The notes under the pieces: generated by a model
Seen by the model: the letters and a program-made list of their open reading frames with translations, nothing else
Told to the model about the DNA's origin: nothing
Database searches by the model: none
Program-made: the position numbers and the translations under genes
Origin: an uncultured Gemmatimonadales bacterium
Lineage (GTDB): Bacteria; Gemmatimonadota; Gemmatimonadetes; Longimicrobiales; RSA9
Direction: 5' to 3'
Length of the DNA: 64,000 nucleotides
Assembly: GCA_963798845.1 (NCBI GenBank)
Contig: CAWCUS010000004.1
Location: 96,001-160,000, forward strand
Shown here: one piece after another, positions 30,793 to 41,694 of the stretch
How positions within the stretch are numbered: position 1 is the first letter of the stretch
Layout: each line of letters starts with the position of its first letter

Positions 30793-31662
30793 ATGTCCAT
30801 TCTGGAGCGGATCGTTCGCGAGAAGCGCTCGGAAGTAGCGCGTCTCGCCCCCTGGACGGCGGCGCTCCGGCGTCAGGCCGAGGACGCGGCGCGGGCATCG
30901 CCTGTTCGGGATTTCGCGAGCGCGCTCCGGGGTGGTGAAGGGGTGGCGGTGATCGCGGAAGTGAAGCGGCGCTCGCCGTCCGCGGGCTGGATCCGGCGCG
31001 AGCTGAACGCGGCGGGGCTGGCCTCGGTGTACGAGCATGGCGGAGCGTCGGCCGTGAGCGTGCTGACGGACGCGGCGGAGTTCGGCGGGTCGCGGGAGGA
31101 CCTCGAAGCGGTGCGTGCGGCGGTGGCCCTGCCGGTGCTGCGAAAGGAATTCATCGTGGATCCGGTGCAGGTGTACGAGTCGAGGGCCATGGGGGCGGAC
31201 GCGCTGCTGCTGATCGTGCGGGTCCTGGACGGCGGGGCGCTCGCGGAGCTGCTGTCGCTGAGCATCGATCTGGGGATGTCGGCGCTCGTGGAAGCCCACG
31301 ACGCTGCGGAGCTGGAGCGGGCGCTGTCGGCGGGGGCACGGGTGGTCGGCATCAACAACCGTGACCTGTCCAGGTTCGAGACGGACCTTTCGGTGAGCGA
31401 AGCGCTGGCCCCGTCGGTGCCGGCGGACGTGGTCGTGGTGGCGGAGAGCGGGATCCGCGACGCGGAGGACGTGGTCCGGCTCGGCGAGGCCGGAGTGGAC
31501 GCGGTGCTGGTCGGGGAGACGCTGGTGCGCGCCGCCGACGCCATGGAAGCGGTCGGCCGGCTGGTGGGGCATTCCCGTCGCGGGAGTGCGCGCCGGGCTG
31601 GCGGGGCGGACGGTGGTGGCACGGAGGCGGCCCACCCGCTCCGGGCCGAGGGACCGGCATGA
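30793..31662 (+). CDS. trpC: Indole-3-glycerol phosphate synthase
   Basis: IAEVKRRSPS, SVLTD, PVLRKEF, GINNRDL, AESGI. Confidence 0.95.
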   Translation: MSILERIVREKRSEVARLAPWTAALRRQAEDAARASPVRDFASALRGGEGVAVIAEVKRRSPSAGWIRRELNAAGLASVYEHGGASAVSVLTDAAEFGGSREDLEAVRAAVALPVLRKEFIVDPVQVYESRAMGADALLLIVRVLDGGALAELLSLSIDLGMSALVEAHDAAELERALSAGARVVGINNRDLSRFETDLSVSEALAPSVPADVVVVAESGIRDAEDVVRLGEAGVDAVLVGETLVRAADAMEAVGRLVGHSRRGSARRAGGADGGGTEAAHPLRAEGPA

Positions 31663-32315
31663 AGGCTCCGGTGTGGCCGGATGTGAAGATCTGCGGGGTC
31701 TGCGACCCCACGGACGCGGCAAGGGCTGTGGACGCGGGCGCCACGCACGTGGGCGTGATCCGGGTCCCCGGGACGCTCCGGGAGCGGACGCCGGACCTGG
31801 TGGAGCGGATCTGCGGCGCAGTCCGCGGCGCGAAGCGGGTGGGCGTGTACGCGGACGCGGCGACGCACACCATCATCGCCGAAAGGGAGCGCTTCGGTCT
31901 GGACGTGGTTCAGCTCCACGGTCGCGAGCCGCCAGAGCAGGTGGAGGCGCTCATGGCCCGGGGTCTGGAAGTCTGGAAGGTGGTGAAACCGCGCTCGGCG
32001 GAGGAGCTCCTGAGCGGGGCCCGCCGGTACGGGGAGGCGCACCTGCTGCTGGTGGAGGGGTGGAGCGAGCGCGGCCGCGGCGGCGTCGGCGCCCGCTTCA
32101 ACTGGGCGGAAGTGGCAGCCGGTATGGCCGGCCTTCCGTCGCACGTCCGGGTCGGCGTGGCCGGCGGTCTGGATGCCGGCAACGTGGCGGCGGCGGTGAG
32201 GCGATTCCGGCCCGCGCTGGTGGACGTGAGCTCGGGGGTGGAGTCGCTGGTGGGGCGAAAGGATGCAGCGCTCGTTCGGGCGTTCGTGGCGGCGGCCCGC
32301 GGGGCGGTGGCGTAG
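31659..32315 (+). CDS. trpF: Phosphoribosylanthranilate isomerase
   Basis: VKICG, VQLHG, AGGL, DVSSGVE. Confidence 0.93.
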   Translation: MKAPVWPDVKICGVCDPTDAARAVDAGATHVGVIRVPGTLRERTPDLVERICGAVRGAKRVGVYADAATHTIIAERERFGLDVVQLHGREPPEQVEALMARGLEVWKVVKPRSAEELLSGARRYGEAHLLLVEGWSERGRGGVGARFNWAEVAAGMAGLPSHVRVGVAGGLDAGNVAAAVRRFRPALVDVSSGVESLVGRKDAALVRAFVAAARGAVA

Positions 32316-32343
32316 CTCGGAAAGCAACGGAGGCGGGAGCGGA

Positions 32344-33552
32344 ATGGCGGAGCGGGCGGAGTCGGGACCGGTGGATGTGGCGGAGCGGGGGCGGTTCGGG
32401 CAATACGGCGGACGCTATGTCCCCGAGACGCTGATCGCGGCGCTGGACGAGCTGACCGAGGCGTACGCCGCCGCGCGGGCGGACGCGTCCTTCCGGACGG
32501 TTCTGGACGGGCTGCTCCGCGACTACGTGGGGCGGCCATCGCCGCTTTACCGGGCCGAGCGACTGGGGCAGGCGGCAGGGTGCGAGCTGTGGTTGAAGCG
32601 AGAGGACCTGAACCACACGGGCGCGCACAAGATCAACAACACGCTCGGCCAGGTCCTGCTGGCCCGACGGATGGGGAAGGGCCGCATCATCGCGGAGACC
32701 GGGGCGGGGCAGCACGGCGTTGCGGCGGCGACGGTTTGTGCCCTTTTCGGCCTCGAGTGCGTCGTGTACATGGGCGAGGAGGACATGCGCCGGCAGGCGC
32801 TGAACGTGGTGCGCATGGAGCTGCTGGGTGCGGAAGTCCGGCCGGTAGGCTCGGGTACCCGCACGCTCAAGGACGCCACGAACGAGGCCATCCGCGACTG
32901 GGTGACGAACGTTGGTGACACACATTACATTATCGGATCGGTGGTCGGGCCGGACCCCTACCCGCGCATGGTGCGCGACTTCCAGGCCGTGATCGGTCGG
33001 GAGACGCGGGAGCAGGTGGTGGAGCGCACGGGGCGGCTCCCCGCGGCCGTGGTGGCCTGCGTGGGCGGCGGCTCGAACGCAATGGGCATCTTCCACGCTT
33101 TCGTTCCGGACGATGCCGTGGAGCTGGTGGGTGTCGAGGCGGCCGGCGAAGGGCTGGACTCGGGGCGGCACGCCGCTTCCCTGGCCGCGGGCTCGCCCGG
33201 CGTGCTCCACGGTTCGCTGAGCTATCTCTTGCAGGATGATGCGGGCCAGGTGGCCCCGGCCCACTCCGTTTCGGCGGGGCTGGACTACCCGGGCGTGGGC
33301 CCGGAGCACGCCCACCTCCGGGAGACCGGGCGCGCCCGCTACGTGGCGGTGGACGATGCCGAGGCGCTGGACGCGTTCCACCGGGTGACTCGCCTGGAGG
33401 GGATCATCCCGGCGCTGGAGAGCGCGCACGCGGTGGCGTTCCTGCTGAGGGAAGGCCGGGGCTGGGAGGGGGCGGGGCCGGTGGTCGTCTGCATGAGCGG
33501 GCGCGGTGACAAGGACGTGGCCCAGGTCATGGAGGCCAGGGCGGTCGAATAG
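32344..33552 (+). CDS. trpB: Tryptophan synthase beta chain
   Basis: [47 protein letters not shown]. Confidence 0.97.
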   Translation: MAERAESGPVDVAERGRFGQYGGRYVPETLIAALDELTEAYAAARADASFRTVLDGLLRDYVGRPSPLYRAERLGQAAGCELWLKREDLNHTGAHKINNTLGQVLLARRMGKGRIIAETGAGQHGVAAATVCALFGLECVVYMGEEDMRRQALNVVRMELLGAEVRPVGSGTRTLKDATNEAIRDWVTNVGDTHYIIGSVVGPDPYPRMVRDFQAVIGRETREQVVERTGRLPAAVVACVGGGSNAMGIFHAFVPDDAVELVGVEAAGEGLDSGRHAASLAAGSPGVLHGSLSYLLQDDAGQVAPAHSVSAGLDYPGVGPEHAHLRETGRARYVAVDDAEALDAFHRVTRLEGIIPALESAHAVAFLLREGRGWEGAGPVVVCMSGRGDKDVAQVMEARAVE

Positions 33553-33580
33553 GAAGACCCGCGGGAGAGGCGAGCGGAAG

Positions 33581-35320
33581 GTGAAGAACGCGCCCCAGCT
33601 CGATTCGACGGAAACCAGAGCTCCGGCGGTGCCCGCGCAGGAGGTCGAGGCACTGCTCTCGAACATGGCCAAGGCGCAGCGGGCCTTCAACATGTACCGG
33701 GACAACAACCCGGTCTTCCAGCGTTTCCGCCACCTCCTCCACGACTCCTTCCGCCGGCTCTGGGAACAGACCGATGCGCTCGACCTGGGCGTGGCCGAGG
33801 AAGGCTTCCGGTACGCGGGTGAGCTCTTCCGCGTGGGCAAGGGCCGCGACTCCCTCGCGTTCATCCTCTACAAGGACGGCGTCCGCAGCCTCCGCTTCCT
33901 TCCCGGCTTCGAGGAGGAGGTGGGTGCGTTCCTGGACGCGCTCAACCGTGCGGTCCGCCGTGACGCGGAAGAGGACGACATCATCACCGTGCTCTGGGAA
34001 GCGGAGTTCGGGTGCCTGCAGTACGGCTACGTGGACCTGCTGGTGGAAGGGCTGGACGTGCCCGACCGGGGTCTCACCGCCGAGCCGCCGCCCGTGGATC
34101 GCTCCGCGCTGTCGCTGGACCTCAAGCTGGACCTGGACCAGGCGGCGCCCGCGAACCTCGCGGCCGGCGACGGCGCCCCATCGCCGGCCGCCCTCCCGGG
34201 GCTCACGCGGGAGGATTTCGACGAGACGGTCTACTTCCTGAGCGCGGCGGAGATGGCGGCGCTGCAGGCGGAGCTGGAGTCGGAGGGCACGCGCAACCTC
34301 CGGGTGGACGTGCTGAACGCCCTTTTCGACCGCATGGAGGAGCGCGAGTGGCCGGACCGGCAGGCGGAGATCCTCGACATCCTCGACCAGCTCCTGCCGC
34401 TCTTCCTGAGCCGCGGCCACCTGCGTGAGGCCACCCTGGTGCTCCAGGAGCTGGACCGGCTGAGCGCTGCGGATGGGCCGTTCGGCGCCGACCTGGCGAG
34501 CCGGGTGGAGCTTCTCTTCGATCGCCTCAGCGATCCCCGCGTTCTCGAGCAGTTCGTGCAGGCGCTGGAAGACGGGGCAGTATCGCCGGAGTCGGAAGAC
34601 GTCGGCCTCTTCTTCAGCCGCCTCCAGGCCTCCGCGATGCCCGTGCTCATCCGCTTCGCCGAGCTGACGGAGAACGGCGCAGTGCAGCAGCGGCTGGCCT
34701 CGGCCATCGACGGCGTCGCGGCGCGCTACCCCGACGAGGTGAACAGGCTCCTGGCGAGCGAGGAGACCGACATGGTGGCCGGCGCAGCGCGCGCGGCCGG
34801 GCGCGTCCGTCTGGCGCCGGCGGTGCCCGGGCTCTCGCGGGCCCTCGATCACGCCGACCGCGAAGTGCGGCTCGCGGTCGTGAGCGCACTCGCGGACATG
34901 CGGCTCACGCCTGCCCTGCACGCCCTGGTGGCCGCCCTCGAGGATGAGGACAGGGAAGTCCGGATCGCGGCCGCCACGGCCCTTCGAGAAGTCCGTTTCG
35001 CGTCCGGCCGCGACGCGCTCGCCGCAGCCATCGACGGACGTCGCCTCCGGGAGTCGGACCTGACGGAGAAAATGGCGTTCTTCCAGGCGTACGGCGCGGT
35101 GGGCGGGAGCGCGGCCGTGCAGCGGCTGGCGGGAATCCTGAACGACCGTGGCTTCCTGGGCAGGCGGAGCCCGACGGACTATCGGGCGTGCGCGGCGCTG
35201 GCGCTGGGAGAGGCGGGGTCGGGCGCGGCGACGGAGGCGCTGGAGCGGGCGAGGCACGACGACGACCCGGTGGTCAGGAACGCGGTAGTCAGGGTCCTGC
35301 GGCAGGGAGAGTCGGCCTGA
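33581..35320 (+). CDS. HEAT-repeat domain protein
   Basis: C-terminal repeats HADREVRLAVVSAL, DEDREVRIAAATAL, DDDPVVRNAV. Start codon uncertain. Confidence 0.85.
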   Translation: MKNAPQLDSTETRAPAVPAQEVEALLSNMAKAQRAFNMYRDNNPVFQRFRHLLHDSFRRLWEQTDALDLGVAEEGFRYAGELFRVGKGRDSLAFILYKDGVRSLRFLPGFEEEVGAFLDALNRAVRRDAEEDDIITVLWEAEFGCLQYGYVDLLVEGLDVPDRGLTAEPPPVDRSALSLDLKLDLDQAAPANLAAGDGAPSPAALPGLTREDFDETVYFLSAAEMAALQAELESEGTRNLRVDVLNALFDRMEEREWPDRQAEILDILDQLLPLFLSRGHLREATLVLQELDRLSAADGPFGADLASRVELLFDRLSDPRVLEQFVQALEDGAVSPESEDVGLFFSRLQASAMPVLIRFAELTENGAVQQRLASAIDGVAARYPDEVNRLLASEETDMVAGAARAAGRVRLAPAVPGLSRALDHADREVRLAVVSALADMRLTPALHALVAALEDEDREVRIAAATALREVRFASGRDALAAAIDGRRLRESDLTEKMAFFQAYGAVGGSAAVQRLAGILNDRGFLGRRSPTDYRACAALALGEAGSGAATEALERARHDDDPVVRNAVVRVLRQGESA

Positions 35321-36765
35321 TGAGCCCGCACAGCCACACCATCGACGGCACGGCGTCGTTCCAGAAGACGGGGCGGACCCTCCTCGGGACGTTCTACGCC
35401 GCCCTGCAGGCGCTGAAGCTGTTCCCCCTGGAGAACCAGACGGTTCAGAAGGCGCTGGACGACCTCCACACCGCAACGACGCGGCTGCAGGCCAGGGAGG
35501 AGCTGGTGGACATCGGGCTGGTGGGCGACTTCATCTTCATCAACGACGTCCGCATCCGCCTCGACCTCTCCACCTACGCCGCATTCTCCCTCCTCTCGAA
35601 CGCGCTGAACCGGCACCGGGTCGGCTCGGTCCAGGTGCATCCCGGTGTGGAGCGGTCCGAGTGGCCGCCGTTCCTTTCGCTTCTGCTGGAGAAGCCTCAG
35701 TCGGAGGAGAGCGCGTACGACGACTTCGTCCATCGCTTCCGCGCTACGCCCGTTCGCCACATCGAGGTGGGTCCCGAGCGGGAACGGGCGGCGAGGGACG
35801 ACACCGATGCGCAGAGCAAGGAAGCGGCGAAGAGGGCGTACTTCCAGACCGTCGAGGTGATGAAGACGGTGCTGGCGGACACGCGGCTGGGGAAGAGCGT
35901 GAATGCGCGCCGGGTGAAGCGGGCGGTGCAAGCCATTGTGGACCAGGTGCTGAACAACGAGACGTCCATGATGGGGATGACGGCGCTGCGGGAGTATGAC
36001 GATTACACGTACACGCACTGCGTGAACGTGTGCATCTTCAGCGTGGTGCTGGGCCAGAAGCTGGGGCTGGACAAGCGGCAGCTGTACGAGCTGGGGCTGG
36101 GCGCGCTCTTCCACGACATAGGGAAGATGCGGGTGGACCGGGACATCACCAACAAGAGCGAGGACCTCACGGCCGACGAGTTGCGCCAGATGCAGCAGCA
36201 CCCGACCGAGGGTCTGCTGGCGCTCTTCAACATGCACGGCTTCGGGGAAGTGCCGTTCCGGGCCATGCTCATGGCCTACGAGCACCACATGAAGCGCGAC
36301 CTCTCCGGCTACCCCGGGAACCGTCGGCCACGCAGCCCGACGCTCTTCAGCCGTATCGTGGCGGTGGCCGACGGGTTCGATGCGGCCACCACCCATCGGG
36401 TGTACATGGCCGGCGCGTGGCGGCCGGAGGACGCGCTGCTCGAGATGCGCGACAACCCGAAGCGCGGCTACGATCCGCTGCTGGTGAAGGCGCTGATCAA
36501 CGTCACGGGGATCTTCCCGGTCGGCACGCTCGTGATCCTGGACACCTACGAGATGGCCGTGGTGACCAGCGCCAACCCGGACCCCGCCAAGATCCACCAG
36601 CCGATCATCAGGGTGATCTACGACGCTCAGGGGATGCCGCTGACGGAGCCCATAACGGTGAACCTGGGCGCGGAGCACCCCGATAGCGGGCAGCCGCCAC
36701 GTCAGATCATCAAGACCACGGACCCCGCCCGATACGGAATCGACATTGGCGCCTACTTCATCTGA
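35320..36765 (+). CDS. HD-GYP domain protein (putative cyclic-dinucleotide phosphodiesterase)
   Basis: YTYTHCVNV, HDIGK, EHH...SGYP, RIVAVADGFDA. Start overlaps the HEAT gene stop (TGATG). Confidence 0.9.
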   Translation: MSPHSHTIDGTASFQKTGRTLLGTFYAALQALKLFPLENQTVQKALDDLHTATTRLQAREELVDIGLVGDFIFINDVRIRLDLSTYAAFSLLSNALNRHRVGSVQVHPGVERSEWPPFLSLLLEKPQSEESAYDDFVHRFRATPVRHIEVGPERERAARDDTDAQSKEAAKRAYFQTVEVMKTVLADTRLGKSVNARRVKRAVQAIVDQVLNNETSMMGMTALREYDDYTYTHCVNVCIFSVVLGQKLGLDKRQLYELGLGALFHDIGKMRVDRDITNKSEDLTADELRQMQQHPTEGLLALFNMHGFGEVPFRAMLMAYEHHMKRDLSGYPGNRRPRSPTLFSRIVAVADGFDAATTHRVYMAGAWRPEDALLEMRDNPKRGYDPLLVKALINVTGIFPVGTLVILDTYEMAVVTSANPDPAKIHQPIIRVIYDAQGMPLTEPITVNLGAEHPDSGQPPRQIIKTTDPARYGIDIGAYFI

Positions 36766-37567
36766 CACCCGCCTGAGCGACCGGCTCGCGAGCCGCGTCC
36801 ACGACAGGCGGCCACTCCTCGTCCCGTACATCACCGCCGGTTTTCCTTCTCCGGCCGCCACGCCGGGCCTGATGGCCGCTGTGGCGGAGGCCGGGGCGGA
36901 CGTCCTGGAGCTCGGTGTCCCGTTCAGCGATCCACTCGCCGACGGTCCGACGATCCAGGCCAGCTCCCAGGCGGCGCTCCGAGCGGGCGGCTCCCTGCCC
37001 GCCACGCTGGCAGCGCTCGCCGCGTTCCGCGCCAGTGATGCGGCCACGCCGGTGATCCTGTTCACGTACCTGAACCCTATCTTCCGCTATGGCGTCGAAC
37101 GGTTCCTGGACGGCGCCGCGCGGGCGGGCGCGGACGGCGTGCTCGTCACCGATCTCCCGCTGGGCGAGGACCCGGAGCTCGAGGAGCGCTTCGAGAGCTC
37201 GCCGCTCGCGCTCGTGCGACTCATCGCCCCGACCACGCCACGCGCCCGCGCGCTCCGGATCGCCGAGCGCGCGCAGGGCTTCCTCTACTACATCTCGCGC
37301 ACGGGCGTGACGGGCGGGGGGACGGAGCTGAGGCGAGAGCTCGCCGCCGAGCTTGCGCCGATCCGTGCCGCAGCCCCGGTGCCGGTGGTGGTGGGCTTCG
37401 GGATCGCCACGCCCGGGCAGGCGGCTTCCGTGGCCGGGATGGCCGACGGGGTCGTCGTCGGGAGCGCGCTCATCGAAGTGATCCGTGAGCGCGGGGTGGA
37501 CGGGGCGAGGGAGTTCGTGGCGTCGCTGCGTGCGGCGCTGCCGCCTGGCCCCGCCGCGGCTTCGTGA
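36746..37567 (+). CDS. trpA: Tryptophan synthase alpha chain
   Basis: ELGVPFSDPLADGPTIQ, YLNPI, SRTGVTG, VGFGI. TTG start is uncertain. Confidence 0.95.
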   Translation: MAPTSSDTRLSDRLASRVHDRRPLLVPYITAGFPSPAATPGLMAAVAEAGADVLELGVPFSDPLADGPTIQASSQAALRAGGSLPATLAALAAFRASDAATPVILFTYLNPIFRYGVERFLDGAARAGADGVLVTDLPLGEDPELEERFESSPLALVRLIAPTTPRARALRIAERAQGFLYYISRTGVTGGGTELRRELAAELAPIRAAAPVPVVVGFGIATPGQAASVAGMADGVVVGSALIEVIRERGVDGAREFVASLRAALPPGPAAAS

Positions 37568-37718
37568 GTCCCGCCGGGCGGGGAAGACGCACCGCGGGCC
37601 TCGCGCCCGCCCTCCGGCGTTCGCGCCCCGCGCACCGCCCTCGAGCCCGGCCCACCACCGTCACGCGGCCCGCCACCTCGGGCCCGGGCGAGATTCGCGG
37701 CTCTCGGCCGCGAGCCGC

Positions 37719-39498
37719 CTAACCCGACCCCCGCCCCAACCGCTTCGGCAGCCCGGGGTCCGGGCGCACGAAGACGGTGGAAACGCGCTCCGGCACGACT
37801 GCGCCGGGGCGCGCCTTGCGGGGCTTCCGCACGTATCTCCGCCGCGTCCAGTCCACGGGGACGGTGGCGGAGCCGCGGGCGCGGCTGTTGAGCGCTGCGA
37901 GCACTGCCGCTTCCACCAGGTCGCGCTTGGGCGGGTTCTGGTCGCGTTCGGTCCAGCGGAGGATGACGTGGGCGCCGGCGCTGTCGCGGGCGTGGAGCCG
38001 AGATGTCGTCGGGGGACGAGTGGTGGAAGGTCAGCTCGTCGTTGGCGCCGCCGCTCCGCCCCACGCGGATCTCCAGTCCACCGGAGCTGGTGAAGCGGAG
38101 GTACGGGAGCGCCCGACGCTCCTCGCCGCCCGTGCCGCCCTCCTCGGCCAGGAGCTCCGCCGCCCAGCCCGCGACTTCCGCCGGGTCCGCCGCTCCCCGG
38201 TCGAGCGACTCCAGCAGCGACTGGAGCCGGTTCTGCTCCGCCAGCGCCTCCCGCACCCGCACCGGCAGCTGCGCCGCCGCCCGCTCCCGCCGGCGGGCCC
38301 GGTCGTACATGATCTCGGCGTTCTCCGCCGCCGAGCGCGCGGGATCCAGCGGCACGGTCACGGTGCCGCCCTCGAAGTCGTCCAGCTCGACCGAGGCGTC
38401 GCTGCGCCGGACCCGGTGCAGCTGGGCCATGAGCAGGTCGGCTTGCCCGCGCAGGCGGGCAGCGTCGGCCGGTGCCGCCTCCGCGTCGGCGCGCAGACGC
38501 AGCGCCCGCTGCTCCACTTTCTCCAGCCGGGCGACGAGCGCCGCCAGCACTTCGGGCGCCACCCACGCCGCCGCATCCGTGGAGGCGGCGGCCGCGAGAG
38601 CCGCAAGGAGGGTCGGCTTCGGCGCCGACCGCGTACCGGGGAGCGGGACGGGGTAGGGGGCGGGGTAGGGGGCGGGGCCGTCCACGTCGAGCAGCTGCGG
38701 GCTCGGCTCCGGCCGGCTCGCCACAGCGGCGTACCGGTGCCATGCCGCGCCGAGCAGCGCCGGGTCGGGATCCTCGGCGGCCGGTCCGAGCAGCGCCGCC
38801 GCGTTGAGCGGGCTGGTCCAGGCGACGCCTCGCACCAGCGCGCTCGCCCGCCCGGCCGGCGTCACGTCCTCCAGCAGCCGCCGGAGCTCGCCTTCCGTCA
38901 GCGGAGACTCCTCGCCCGCACGCGGGCGACGTGCCGGCGGAGAGTACACCGCGCCGGCCCGCAGCCGCCGCTCCCCCGCGTCCCGCGGCCACAGCGCGGC
39001 CACAATGGTGGCGTCGGGCGCCAGCGCCAGCACGTTCCACTGGTTCGTCATCAGCTCGACCACGAAGCGCGACGCCCGCCCGGCGCCGCCCGCGTCGATG
39101 GCGATGGTGAGGACCCGTTCGTCCCGCGGTGCGCTCACCTCGCGGACGCGCGGCTTCCGCTGCGTCGGGATCTTCCGGCCGCCCCAGGCCGGGTCCGCGG
39201 GTGCCGTCTGGCTGCCGCCGCCGGTCGCGCCGCCGCCGGTCGCGCCACCGCCGACCTCGTCGCCCGGATCGTCGCCCGGACCGCCGCCCGGACCCGCGGC
39301 GGCGGCCGCGAGCTCGCGGATCCAGCCGCGCCCGGGGTGCAGCTCCCAGACGAGGGCGAACGAGTCCAGGTCGAGCACGAGACGCCTAGCCGCCGGGTCC
39401 ATCCACACACCCTTGAGCCGGCGCGCGCGGAGGCGGTCGTCGAGCTCGCGGGCGAGGTAGTGGACGAGGAGCGAGTCGTAACGGATCGGGTTTGACAC
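37719..39498 (-). CDS. rqcH: NFACT/RqcH (FbpA) family protein, frameshifted near 38000
   Basis: VELMTNQWN, PLDPARSAAENA, VGRSGGANDELT. Removing the extra base at 38000 restores DIWLHARDSAGAHVILR...VDWTRRRYVRKP. Confidence 0.85.
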
Positions 39499-39520
39499 GT
39501 CCGGAAACTGGATCTAGCTT
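39492..39520 (+). promoter_or_regulatory. sigma70 promoter for panBCD
   Basis: TTGACA (39492-39497), 17 bp spacer, TAGCTT (39515-39520). Confidence 0.7.
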
Positions 39521-39562
39521 CGAGCGCAGTCAAACCCCTGCAACCACGCGGTTTTCCGGCCA

Positions 39563-40381
39563 ATGAGCACGGGATCGGCACGCAAGCGCACCACGGTGCG
39601 TCGCCTGCTGGAGATGAAGGAGCGCGGCGAGAAGATCGTCGCGCTCACTGCTTACGACTACCTGTTCGCGAAGCTGGTGGACGAGGCGGGCGTCGACATC
39701 GTCCTGGTGGGCGACTCCCTCGGCCAGGTCGTGCTCGGCCACGACTCCACGGTCCCCGTCACCCTCGAGGACATGATCCACCACGGCGCCGCCGTGCGGC
39801 GGGGCGTCGAGGACGCGCTGCTGGTGGTGGACATGCCGTTCCTCACGTTCCAGGTCTCGCCCGAGGACACGGTCCGCAACTGCGGCCGTGTGCTCAAGGA
39901 GACGGGGGCGGAGGCCGTGAAGATGGAGGGCGGGAGCGAGCGGGCGTGCGAGCACGTCGCCAGGCTGGTGGACGCCGGGATCGCGGTCATGGGGCACGTG
40001 GGGCTCACCCCCCAGTCGGTGCACGCCCTCGGCGGCTACCGCGTCCAGGGGCGCGACGACGTCACCGCCGACCGGCTCCGCCGCGAAGTGGCGGCGCTGG
40101 CCGAGGCCGGGGCGTTCGCCGTCGTGCTGGAGCTGCTGCCGGCCGCGCTGGCGAAGGAGCTGACGGCGGCCTCACCGGTCCCCACCATCGGAATCGGCGC
40201 CGGCCCCTACTGCGACGGCCAGGTCCTGGTCCTTCCGGACATGCTGGGCCTGAACGACGCGTTCAAGCCCAAGTTCCTCCGCCGCTTCGCCGAGCTGGCG
40301 AAGGAGACCCGCCGGGCCGTGGGCGAGTACGTCGAGGCGGTGCGCGGCGGCGAGTATCCGGACGCCGGGCACTCTCACTGA
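39563..40381 (+). CDS. panB: 3-methyl-2-oxobutanoate hydroxymethyltransferase
   Basis: LTAYD, LVGDSL, VKMEGG, GHVGLTPQ, IGIGAG, DGQVLV. Confidence 0.97.
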   Translation: MSTGSARKRTTVRRLLEMKERGEKIVALTAYDYLFAKLVDEAGVDIVLVGDSLGQVVLGHDSTVPVTLEDMIHHGAAVRRGVEDALLVVDMPFLTFQVSPEDTVRNCGRVLKETGAEAVKMEGGSERACEHVARLVDAGIAVMGHVGLTPQSVHALGGYRVQGRDDVTADRLRREVAALAEAGAFAVVLELLPAALAKELTAASPVPTIGIGAGPYCDGQVLVLPDMLGLNDAFKPKFLRRFAELAKETRRAVGEYVEAVRGGEYPDAGHSH

Positions 40382-40397
40382 TCTGCTGGGAAGCGCG

Positions 40398-41279
40398 ATG
40401 AAGCACATCTCGACTGTCGCCGAGCTGCGGCGGGCGGTGGCGGAGGCCCGCCGCTCCGTCGGCGCCACCGGGCCGGGCGCCGGAGAGGAGCGGGTCTCGC
40501 TGGTGCCGACCATGGGCGCGCTGCACTCAGGGCACCTCTCGCTGGTGGGGCGGGCGAAGCAGCGGGCGCCGTTCGTCGTCATGTCCATCTTCGTGAACCC
40601 CACGCAGTTCGGGCCGGGCGAGGACTTCGACGCCTATCCGCGGACGCCGGCGGAGGACGCGGCGGCGGCGGAGGCAGCGGGCGTGGACGTGCTGTTCGCG
40701 CCGTCGCCCGGCGAGGTCTTTCCCGACGGCGACACGGTGGTGAAGGTGATCCCGGGGAAGCTGGCGGAGCGGCTGTGCGGGCTGAGCCGCCCGGGCCACT
40801 TCCAGGGCGTGCTCACGGTGGTGGCCAAGCTCTTCGGCATGGTCCAGCCGGACGTGGCGGTGTTTGGCCAGAAGGACTTCCAGCAGTCGGTGCTGATCCG
40901 CCGCATGGTGAAGGACCTGGACATCGCGGTGGCCATCGACGTGGCGCCCATCGTCCGGGAATCCGACGGTCTGGCACTGTCCTCGCGCAACGTGTACCTG
41001 ACGGAGCGCCAGCGGGAGCGCGCCAGGAGCCTGTCCGAGGGGCTCCTCGCTGCCCGCGCCGCGTTCCGCGACGAGGGGGTCACGGACCCGGATCGGCTGA
41101 AAGCAAGGGTGCGGGGTACCATGCGGGACGCCGACGTGGAGCCCGAGTACATCGAGCTCGTGGACCCTGACACGCTCGACGAGGTAGACGAGGCGTCGGC
41201 GGCTTCGGTGCTGGCCGTGGCCGCGCGCGTGGGGGACACGCGCCTGATCGACAACGTGATCCTGGGACACGAGGAGTAG
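40398..41279 (+). CDS. panC: Pantoate--beta-alanine ligase
   Basis: [42 protein letters not shown]. Confidence 0.97.
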   Translation: MKHISTVAELRRAVAEARRSVGATGPGAGEERVSLVPTMGALHSGHLSLVGRAKQRAPFVVMSIFVNPTQFGPGEDFDAYPRTPAEDAAAAEAAGVDVLFAPSPGEVFPDGDTVVKVIPGKLAERLCGLSRPGHFQGVLTVVAKLFGMVQPDVAVFGQKDFQQSVLIRRMVKDLDIAVAIDVAPIVRESDGLALSSRNVYLTERQRERARSLSEGLLAARAAFRDEGVTDPDRLKARVRGTMRDADVEPEYIELVDPDTLDEVDEASAASVLAVAARVGDTRLIDNVILGHEE

Positions 41280-41289
41280 GGGGAACGGC

Positions 41290-41688
41290 ATGCGTCGCAG
41301 CATGTGCAAGTCGAAGATCCACCGGGCGACGGTGACGGACGCGAACCTCGCCTACGAGGGCTCCATCACGCTCGACCCGGTTCTCATGACCGCCGCGGAC
41401 GTCCTGGAGTACGAGAAGGTGCACGTGGTGGACATCGACAACGGCGCGCGCTTCGAGACGTACGTGATCCGCGGCGACGAGGGCTCGGGCGACGTGGTGC
41501 TGAACGGCGCCGCCGCGCGCCTGGTTCAGCCCGGCGACAAGGTCATCATCATGTCCTACGCCGACTACGACGAGGCCGAGCTGGAGGACTTCCGACCCCG
41601 CATCGTCTTCGTGGACGGAGCGAACCGGATCCGGGAGACGGACGACGGCGAGCGCGCCGGCACCCGGCTCCGCATCGAGCCCGCGTAG
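41290..41688 (+). CDS. panD: Aspartate 1-decarboxylase
   Basis: [16 protein letters not shown] cleavage site, [14 protein letters not shown]. Confidence 0.97.
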   Translation: MRRSMCKSKIHRATVTDANLAYEGSITLDPVLMTAADVLEYEKVHVVDIDNGARFETYVIRGDEGSGDVVLNGAAARLVQPGDKVIIMSYADYDEAELEDFRPRIVFVDGANRIRETDDGERAGTRLRIEPA

Positions 41689-41694
41689 GCGCAG

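Noticed and set aside
37990..38010. Programmed ribosomal frameshift in rqcH
   Set aside because: There is no slippery heptamer. A single inserted base in a conserved Trp codon is the simpler explanation.
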